In this document: in pieces, positions 60,359-64,000 of the stretch | Numbering within the stretch: position 1 is the first letter of the stretch | Layout: the number at the start of each line of letters is the position of its first letter | Assembly (NCBI GenBank): GCA_965208245.1 | Contig: OZ242325.1 | Coordinates: 1,493,878 to 1,557,877 of the forward strand | Origin: Candidatus Poribacteria bacterium | GTDB taxonomy: Bacteria; Poribacteria; WGA-4E; WGA-3G | Length of the DNA: 64,000 nt | Direction: 5' to 3' | Program-made: the position numbers and the translations under genes | Notes under the pieces: model-generated | The model's input: only the letters and a program-made list of their open reading frames with translations | What the model was told of the DNA's origin: nothing | The model's database searches: none

Positions 60359-61072
60359 CTATGCTTTCATTGCTTCAACGTAATTGAGGTTAACCTGTTT
60401 CCAATTGACAACGTTGCTCCAGGCATCAACATAATCACCACGTTTATTCTGGTATTTTAGATAATATGCATGTTCCCAAACATCAAGTCCGAGGAGGGGT
60501 GTATGTCCTTGCATCAAAGGACTGTCCTGATTCTTCGTTGCGTAAATCTGCAGCTTTTTCTTCTCATCAACGACAAGCCATGCCCATCCAGACCCGAAAT
60601 GGGTTTTTGCTGTAGTAGCAAATTTCTCTTTTGCACTATTGAGTGAACCGAAGGTTGTTTGCATCGCTTCGGCAACTTTACCAGAAAGTTCCGTACCACC
60701 AGAAATCATGGTGTTCCAGAACAGTGTATGGTTCGCATGCCCACCACCGCTATTGATGACGGCTTGCCGTATTGTCATCGGTACTCTTTCAATATTGCGA
60801 AGCAGATCCTCGATAGACATTTCAGGCAAATCGTGGTAATGTGCCATTGCAGCGTTAAGTTTATTGACATAACTCTGATGGTGTTTGCTATAGTGGATCT
60901 CCATCGTGCGTTTGTCAATATGGGGTTCAAGTGCATCGTACTCATAAGGTAATTTGGGAAGTTTATATTCCTGTGCCTGGTCGCCATTGGCGTATAATCG
61001 TAATGGATTTGCTGTTAGTAAAACTCCCGCTATTGCTGTGCTTCCTATAATCAAAAAGTTTCTACGGTTCAT
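60359..61072 (-). CDS. sod: Fe/Mn superoxide dismutase with N-terminal Tat-like signal
   Basis: IHYSKHHQSYVN, DVWEHAYYLKYQNKR. N-terminal MNRRNFLIIGS. Confidence 0.9.
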   Translation of the reverse strand: MNRRNFLIIGSTAIAGVLLTANPLRLYANGDQAQEYKLPKLPYEYDALEPHIDKRTMEIHYSKHHQSYVNKLNAAMAHYHDLPEMSIEDLLRNIERVPMTIRQAVINSGGGHANHTLFWNTMISGGTELSGKVAEAMQTTFGSLNSAKEKFATTAKTHFGSGWAWLVVDEKKKLQIYATKNQDSPLMQGHTPLLGLDVWEHAYYLKYQNKRGDYVDAWSNVVNWKQVNLNYVEAMKA

Positions 61073-61226
61073 AAGTTCTCCTCAACATGTTGATTTGTTG
61101 TAAATTTTAGCAAAATTTGCCTGTATATGTCAAGCAGGTTTTGTTTTTTCACTGTTTCGACTTTCCTTCATTAACTTCTTGAAATTTACGTCATTTTATA
61201 CTATACTTAAAAGATAGTATAACCTA

Positions 61227-61967
61227 ATGTTGGGAGATGATATGATGCAGAAAAAAATACAAGCTGCGCCGACAATAGTCTATCCCGAATCGGATGGGAA
61301 ACCTATGGCAGAAACGGATGTACATCGAGACTTGATGACAGATTGGATACAGATGTTAAGGTACCATTACAGAAACAAGAATGATGTTTATGTGTCAGGC
61401 AATATATTCATGTATTACGTAGCGGGGAACCCAAGACTGTCGGTCTCTCCTGATGTATTTGTTGTTTTCGGTGTTGAAAAAAAGCGGAGAAGAACTTACC
61501 TCACATGGGAAGAGGGACGCACACCCGATTTTGTGCTGGAGGTTGCAAGTCCAAAAACTTTTACAAACGATTTCGAAAAAAAGAAAAACCTCTACGCTTC
61601 TACCCTTGCGGTAAAGGAATACTATATCTACGATCCGCTTGGTCAGATCGTGCCGAGTTTTATCGGATTTCGATTGATTGATGGTGTATATCAAGAAATT
61701 GATCTTGTAAATGATCGTCTGCTATCGGCAGTCTTAGGTTTAGAGCTAGGCGAACGGGATGGCGAATTGCGTCTATATAATCCAGATACCTTGCAATGGT
61801 TGCAAACACCGCCAGAGCGTGCTGAAAACGCTGAAATACGTGCTGAAAACGCTGAAATACGTGCACAACAAGAAACCAGGGCACGTCAAGATGCTGAAAC
61901 TGAACTCGCCAGAGCTTTAGCAGAGATTGAACGTCTGCGGACAGAGAAAATAGAGAAAAATAATTGA
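61227..61967 (+). CDS. Uma2-family endonuclease with short AENAEIR repeat/coiled-coil tail (third paralogue)
   Basis: YPESDGKPMAETDVHRD...DVYVSGN...PDVFVVFG...PDFVLEVASP; tail RAENAEIRAENAEIRAQQE. Confidence 0.8.
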   Translation: MLGDDMMQKKIQAAPTIVYPESDGKPMAETDVHRDLMTDWIQMLRYHYRNKNDVYVSGNIFMYYVAGNPRLSVSPDVFVVFGVEKKRRRTYLTWEEGRTPDFVLEVASPKTFTNDFEKKKNLYASTLAVKEYYIYDPLGQIVPSFIGFRLIDGVYQEIDLVNDRLLSAVLGLELGERDGELRLYNPDTLQWLQTPPERAENAEIRAENAEIRAQQETRARQDAETELARALAEIERLRTEKIEKNN

Positions 61968-62020
61968 ATATCTGAAGTCGAATCTGATAATACTCAATAT
62001 ATAATATAAGATCCTTTGTT

Positions 62021-63418
62021 ATGCTTCTGACAATCTCCACCATGCATTCTCCTGCGACAGACCTTGGATTTTTGTTGCACAAACACCCAGAGAAGCTGCA
62101 ATCCTTTGATGCCACATTTGGACAAGCACATGTATTCTATCCTGAAGCATCTCCTGAGAGATGTACTGTGTGTCTATTGCTTGAAATTGATTCAGTTGGA
62201 CTTGTGCGAAGACAGTATAGTCGAAGTAGAGGTGGTTTTTCATTAGCAGAATATGTTAATGACCGTCCGTATGTTGCTTCATCCTTCATGAGCGTTGCTA
62301 TTGCTAAGGTTTTTGGAACTGCTCTCTCTGGAAAATGTAAGGACCGACCGGAACTTGTAAAAACGGCTATATCCCTTACTGTAAAGTTACCTACCTTACC
62401 GTGTCGCGGGGGTGAGAGATTCCTACGAAAACTCTTTGAACCTCTCGGTTATCAGGTTGATGCACATCGATATGGGTTAGATTTTCAATTTCCTGAGTGG
62501 GGAGAGAGTCGATATTATAGTGTTACGCTTGAGAAAACATCTCGTCTGAGCGAACTTCTATCACATCTCTATGTGCTTATCCCCGTACTTGACGATGAGA
62601 AACACTATTGGGTTGCCGATGCAGAAATTGAAAAACTACTAAAACATGGAGAAGGTTGGCTTTCTGAACATCCAGAACAAGAGCAGATCGTCAGTCGTTA
62701 CCTTAAACATCAGCGAAAATTAACCCAGCACGTATTGAGTCATTTCGGTGATACGGGTGAGGAGGAGATTGGCGTAATTCAGGAAGAAGAGAAGATTGAA
62801 AAGAGGATTGGACTGAACGAACTTCGCCTTACGAAAGCAGTAGAGGTAATGAAACAGTCGGAGGCAAAACGTGTTCTGGATTTAGGTTGTGGTGAAGGGA
62901 AACTCTTACGTAAACTGATGGCAGATAAACAGTTTGAAGAGATAGTCGGCATGGATGTTTCGCATCAATCACTGAAGATAGCACATCAGAGGTTGCGTTT
63001 AGATAGGTTGCCAGACAAACAGAAGGAACGTATAACGTTGATTCAAGGTTCGCTCTGCTACAGAGATGATCGCTTGCAAGGTTATGATGCAGCTGCTGTA
63101 ATTGAAGTAATTGAGCATTTAGATATAACACGTCTTTCATCTTTAGAGAGAGTGTTGTTTGAATATGCGCGTCCCCAAATAGTTGTATTGACAACACCAA
63201 ATGTAGAATACAATGTAAAGTTTGAGAATTTACCTATTGGACGGTTACGACATAGAGATCACCGTTTTGAGTGGACCCGTGAAGAATTTAAGACATGGAG
63301 TTCAAAAGTGTGTGATCGGTTCGATTATAGTGTGGCGTTTTACCCTATAGGAGAAACCGAAGAGAACATTGGTGCACCTACACAAATGGCAGTGTTCACA
63401 AGAATATCTGGACATTGA
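62021..63418 (+). CDS. hen1: Bacterial Hen1 RNA 3'-terminal 2'-O-methyltransferase
   Basis: N-terminus MLLTISTMHSPATDLGFLLHKHP. MTase motifs VLDLGCGEGKLL, IVGMDVS, VIEVIEHLD. Confidence 0.85.
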   Translation: MLLTISTMHSPATDLGFLLHKHPEKLQSFDATFGQAHVFYPEASPERCTVCLLLEIDSVGLVRRQYSRSRGGFSLAEYVNDRPYVASSFMSVAIAKVFGTALSGKCKDRPELVKTAISLTVKLPTLPCRGGERFLRKLFEPLGYQVDAHRYGLDFQFPEWGESRYYSVTLEKTSRLSELLSHLYVLIPVLDDEKHYWVADAEIEKLLKHGEGWLSEHPEQEQIVSRYLKHQRKLTQHVLSHFGDTGEEEIGVIQEEEKIEKRIGLNELRLTKAVEVMKQSEAKRVLDLGCGEGKLLRKLMADKQFEEIVGMDVSHQSLKIAHQRLRLDRLPDKQKERITLIQGSLCYRDDRLQGYDAAAVIEVIEHLDITRLSSLERVLFEYARPQIVVLTTPNVEYNVKFENLPIGRLRHRDHRFEWTREEFKTWSSKVCDRFDYSVAFYPIGETEENIGAPTQMAVFTRISGH

Positions 63419-63542
63419 AAGTTTTCTTCAGTGGGTTTCATGCATTGTGGAAGTGAGTTGACATAATAGCTTTGACAAGTGTATAATAAATAGCATTGGT
63501 GATACCAAATAAATTATGCAAAATTGTCAGTATGCAGTCTAA

Positions 63543-64000
63543 ATATGCATATCAAAATCCCTGATCCATCACTTGTAATTCTCATCGGTCCTTCAGGTTC
63601 CGGAAAGTCGACGTTTGCACAGCAGCATTTTAAACCGACAGAGATTCTTTCCTCAGATTTCTGTAGAGGTATTGTTTCTGATGATGAGACTGATCAAGCG
63701 GCAACAAAAGACGCGTTTGATGTCTTACATTTCATCGCTGCTAAACGACTGGCTGCAGGAAAATTGACTGTTATTGATGCTACAAATGTAAAAGCAGATG
63801 CACGGAAAACTTTACAATCATTAGCACGGGAATATCATTACCTGACAGCTGCCATTGTCTTTAATCTACCCTCCAAGATTTGTCAAGAGCGGAACGAAGG
63901 AAGACATGACAGAGATATTAGACCAGATGTTATTCGCAGACAGGTTAGTCAACTTCGACGATCTTTGCGCGGTCTAAAACGTGAGGGGTTCAGAAACTTT
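63543..64000 (+). CDS. pnkp: Polynucleotide kinase-phosphatase Pnkp (N-terminal kinase domain; continues past window end)
   Basis: VILIGPSGSGKSTFAQQHFKPTEILSSDFCRGIVSDDETDQ is near-identical in pattern to characterised bacterial Pnkp kinase N-termini. Confidence 0.85.

Overview
A 64-kb chromosomal window from a low-GC (about 40%) diderm bacterium, with sigma70-like promoters, a BamA homologue, TonB and TonB-dependent receptors. Housekeeping genes are interleaved with decayed and accessory DNA. Recognisable housekeeping genes are purF, purM, purA, rpsI-rplM, nusB, tRNA-Glu/tRNA-Lys, copA, sod and a sulfite-oxidase-like Mo enzyme. Accessory content: (i) a decayed 5-kb start with a thrC pseudogene, a head-to-tail tandem array of Uma2-family (DUF820) nuclease genes with expandable Ala/Glu/Arg repeat tails, and a PHP-domain pseudogene; (ii) a TonB plus three TonB-dependent-receptor paralogue locus hit by two IS insertions (a complete IS1595 element with perfect 24-bp TIRs and a 5'-truncated IS605-family tnpB); (iii) a complete solo TnpB element between two paralogous secreted-protein genes, with a structured candidate omegaRNA region downstream; (iv) an IS4/IS5-like element whose terminal inverted repeat supplies the last codons and stop of a vapC toxin gene, followed by a small toxin-antitoxin island (vapBC-like, a three-repeat DUF5069 protein, a DUF4258/YgiT-type zinc-finger pair) and gene remnants; (v) a Uma2-Hen1-Pnkp cluster (RNA 3'-end repair/methylation system) at the right edge; (vi) several dispersed short hairpin (REP-like) repeat families. 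I did not recognise a clearly new multi-gene system. The least explained items are the small three-ORF cluster at 41.5-42.5 kb, the Uma2 repeat-tail array, the NHL-propeller/beta-barrel fusion and the REP-like families.
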